NCBI GenBank assembly: GCA_023229865.1
Contig: JALNYL010000009.1
Span: forward strand, 1-40,374
DNA: 40,374 bases
Direction: 5' to 3'
DNA from: Minisyncoccota bacterium
GTDB lineage: Bacteria > Patescibacteriota > Minisyncoccia > Phycocordibacterales > UBA1550
Part shown: positions 37,927 to 40,374 of the stretch, one piece after another
How positions within the stretch are numbered: position 1 is the stretch's first letter
How the letters are laid out: every line of letters starts with the position of its first letter
The notes under the pieces: model-generated
Databases searched by the model: none
Told to the model about the DNA's origin: nothing
What the model saw: the letters and a program-made list of their open reading frames with translations, nothing else
Program-made: the position numbers and the translations under genes

Positions 37927-38595
37927 ATGCCAAAACTCAACGTGAGCGCAAGGTCAAATGACTGGCGCGCAAAAGCACTTAGCAACTTCACCTACTTCCC
38001 TTTTACTCTCGACGGTGAAGTACTCGCGTCGGCGGAGGGGTTCATTCAAGGAATCAAATTCCCGCCGAAGCACCAAATGCGAGAGATTGCGTTTCTGTCT
38101 GCTGGTAAGTACGCAAAAGATTTCGGAGCGGAAGCGGAACGAAAGTTTGTGTGGTGGGAAAATCAGGTCATCCCCTACGGCACCCCCGCACACCACAGGC
38201 TCATTGAGCGTGCCATCCGTGCGAAGTTTGAGCAAAATGCTGACGCAATGAACGCACTTCTCTCGACAGCGGGGATGCAAATCACTCACGACATCGGAGC
38301 CCCCGAGTCGCCAACAACTTCACTTCCCGCAGTCGTCTTTTGCGACATCCTCATCAGGATTCGCGAGGAAGCTTTGAAGATTGAACGACCAGCACCATTG
38401 TTCATCGCTGGGCATTACTATCGGCTCAAAGAAAAACCGAACGGATGCGAGTCACAGCATTTACCACTCGCTATCGGAAAGTATTACAAGTTTCTCGAAT
38501 GGAGTGGGTCGAACGTGATGATCGAAACTGGCGTCAAAGGCGAAACAGCGAGTATCCACTACTCACGACTTGAGCCTCACGACAGCGAAGCGTAG
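37927..38595 (+). CDS. NADAR superfamily protein (T4 gp30.3-like) with C-terminal extension
   Basis: LSNF..PF.LDG....SAEGFIQGIKF, G..AK..G, VWW, AKFEQN.....LLST, THDIG, IL..IRE; GGAGGT SD. Confidence 0.75.
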   Translation: MPKLNVSARSNDWRAKALSNFTYFPFTLDGEVLASAEGFIQGIKFPPKHQMREIAFLSAGKYAKDFGAEAERKFVWWENQVIPYGTPAHHRLIERAIRAKFEQNADAMNALLSTAGMQITHDIGAPESPTTSLPAVVFCDILIRIREEALKIERPAPLFIAGHYYRLKEKPNGCESQHLPLAIGKYYKFLEWSGSNVMIETGVKGETASIHYSRLEPHDSEA

Positions 38596-38711
38596 TTCTC
38601 CCTCACCAACCGCAAGGTTGGTGAGGGATTTTCTTTACAATCCTCTCGGATGTGCTAGATTCAAATTAGGAACACCGAGGTCTTTTTAATCAAGAGAAAA
38701 GGAGGTCCATT

Positions 38712-39485
38712 ATGAAATGGCCAAACACTTTTACACTCATCCGTCACGGGCAATCCGAATACAACATTTTGCGCGCAAAGAAGGAGGCGAGCTCGCTATA
38801 TCAGGAATTCAAAAAATCCTTTGAACAGGATCCGGAGGGCGAAAAAACGCGCAAGCTTGCGCTCGAAGTGCAGAATGAATTTGCCCTCGACACGAGCGAT
38901 TACGAAACACGTCTCACCGACGAAGGTATGCGCCAAGCGCGGGAAACGGGGAAAAAACTTTCTACCCTTATTGCGGTCCCCGATGTCGTGTTCGTCTCCC
39001 CATATCTTCGCACCAGAAACACGTTTGAGTGTATCGCGGAGGAGTGGCCTGCGCTTGCGGATGTAAAAATTGTCTACGACGATCGCATCCGTGAACAAGA
39101 ACATGGATTATCACTTCTTTATAACGACTGGCGTGTATTCCACGCCCTGCACCCTGAGCAAAGAAAATTTTTTGAACTCATGGGGCCGTACTGGTATCGA
39201 TATCCACAAGGTGAATCAGTTTCGGACACGCGCGACCGAGAACGAGAGTTTGCGGGGATGCTCATTCGTGAGTATTCAGAAGCAGACGTTCTCGCAATCA
39301 CGCACCATCTGACTATCCTCTCGACACGAGCAAACCACGAGCGCCTCACCCCTGAGCAATTTATCCATCTAGATGAAAACGAGAAGCCAGTCAACTGTGG
39401 AGTGACTACTTACAAGGGCAACTCCTATCTGGGGACGAACGGCAAACTTGAGCTTGTTGTTTACAACAAACAGCTTTGGGAATAA
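38712..39485 (+). CDS. Histidine phosphatase (phosphoglycerate mutase-like)
   Basis: LIRHGQS, LTDEG..QA, SPYLRT, RIREQ, GES, ITHH; AGGAGGT SD; hairpin at 39503-39535. Confidence 0.93.
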   Translation: MKWPNTFTLIRHGQSEYNILRAKKEASSLYQEFKKSFEQDPEGEKTRKLALEVQNEFALDTSDYETRLTDEGMRQARETGKKLSTLIAVPDVVFVSPYLRTRNTFECIAEEWPALADVKIVYDDRIREQEHGLSLLYNDWRVFHALHPEQRKFFELMGPYWYRYPQGESVSDTRDREREFAGMLIREYSEADVLAITHHLTILSTRANHERLTPEQFIHLDENEKPVNCGVTTYKGNSYLGTNGKLELVVYNKQLWE

Positions 39486-39544
39486 TTTCTCGAGTAAACA
39501 AAATCCCCGAACCAGCGCTCTGGTTCGGGGATATTTTTTTGAAA

Positions 39545-39916
39545 CTATCTCGGGATCTGCCACACGAGCGGATATTTCTGGGCAGCTGCCAAGACTTCTC
39601 GCCGGTACTTACCGAAGACAGTCACGCCGTGCGGCAAAAAGGTGCGTTCTTCGAAAATATTGAGCAGGCGACCGAGCGTGATACGCGGTTTGCCGTACCC
39701 ATATTTCTCGAGCACATTCCATACCCCCCAGAGATTGAAGCCGACGATAGGCTCGTTCTCAGAGGTCGGATTGGCATTCTCGAGAATATCGAAGCCATTT
39801 TCCACCTTAACAACATCTACCGCGCGGTCAAGAAAAATGACCTGAAGCATCCCTACATCCCCGTGATATACGAGGTGCGGCTCGAACTGCTCGATTTTGT
39901 CAGAGAGTGTGTCCAT
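39545..39916 (-). CDS. Hypothetical protein
   Basis: 123 aa ORF, AAGGAGGT SD, TGgTACTGT extended -10. Confidence 0.7.
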   Translation of the reverse strand: MDTLSDKIEQFEPHLVYHGDVGMLQVIFLDRAVDVVKVENGFDILENANPTSENEPIVGFNLWGVWNVLEKYGYGKPRITLGRLLNIFEERTFLPHGVTVFGKYRREVLAAAQKYPLVWQIPR

Positions 39917-40036
39917 TTCAACCTCCTTTGGTGAAGTCTGGTTTTAAAAAACTACCTCTCACTACAGTACCACACCCAAGCAAAAATGCCATTCAAGCCT
40001 AGACGTTACGAGGGTGTGGGGGTATACTATTAACTA

Positions 40037-40374
40037 ATGAAGAACGACAACAAACCTGGAGTATATTTTGGAACCCCCGAATCCCCTCTTTCAAATCTCG
40101 CCGAGAACAAAATCATTTCTGACGGCAATGCTCACACGATGAAGGACGACATCGCGGAAGCGAAGAAGCATCCCGAGAACTTCGTTACTCCACAAGTAGC
40201 TCCTAAGGAAAACATCTTTTCACGCGCTTGGGGGAATATCTCTGGTAAAACAAAACGTGAACAATCAGAAGCGGCCGCGCGTGCAAAAAAAGAAGAGGAG
40301 CGCCTTAAGGCAGAAGCTGAGAAAAAAGCTGCAGAAGAAAAAATCCAAGCAGAAGAACTCGCAAAGGTAAAAGC
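40037..40374 (+). CDS. Hypothetical protein, N-terminal fragment (runs off window)
   Basis: ATG 8 nt after TATACT; MKNDNKPGVYFG...HTMKDDIAEA...K/E/A-rich coiled coil, open to the end. Confidence 0.7.
   Translation, partial: MKNDNKPGVYFGTPESPLSNLAENKIISDGNAHTMKDDIAEAKKHPENFVTPQVAPKENIFSRAWGNISGKTKREQSEAAARAKKEEERLKAEAEKKAAEEKIQAEELAKVK

Overview
The window looks like a Patescibacteria (CPR, Parcubacteria-like) chromosome segment read with code 11. This is inferred from gene content, compact layout, leaderless starts and the type IV pilus locus. Core content: a PD-(D/E)XK nuclease (cut by the left edge), pyrG, ftsEX, a shortened prfB, gatA/gatC, ligA, a complete type IV pilus/competence cluster with divergent comF, a pgsA-like gene, an M3 peptidase, recG, a VanY-like peptidase, VKOR, ftsH and smpB-ssrA. 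There are 7 tRNA genes: Thr-CGU, Thr-GGU, Asp, Met-CAU, fMet, Ser-GCU and a rare Ile-UAU. None of them, nor the tmRNA, encodes the 3' CCA. Small self-contained accessory genes sit next to the RNA genes: NUDIX, a Zn-finger protein, a mini-lipoprotein, a GNAT plus Nmad-like pair, a phage-type NADAR and a histidine phosphatase. The most unusual signal is non-coding. Six of the seven tRNA genes are flanked by partial sense and/or antisense copies of themselves, separated by hairpin-rich inserts that share motifs between loci. The intact tRNA-Ile(UAU) is nested, inside inverted arms, at the anticodon of a fragmented copy of itself. No integrase or transposase is encoded here. All protein calls come from motif recognition by eye; no database search was run.
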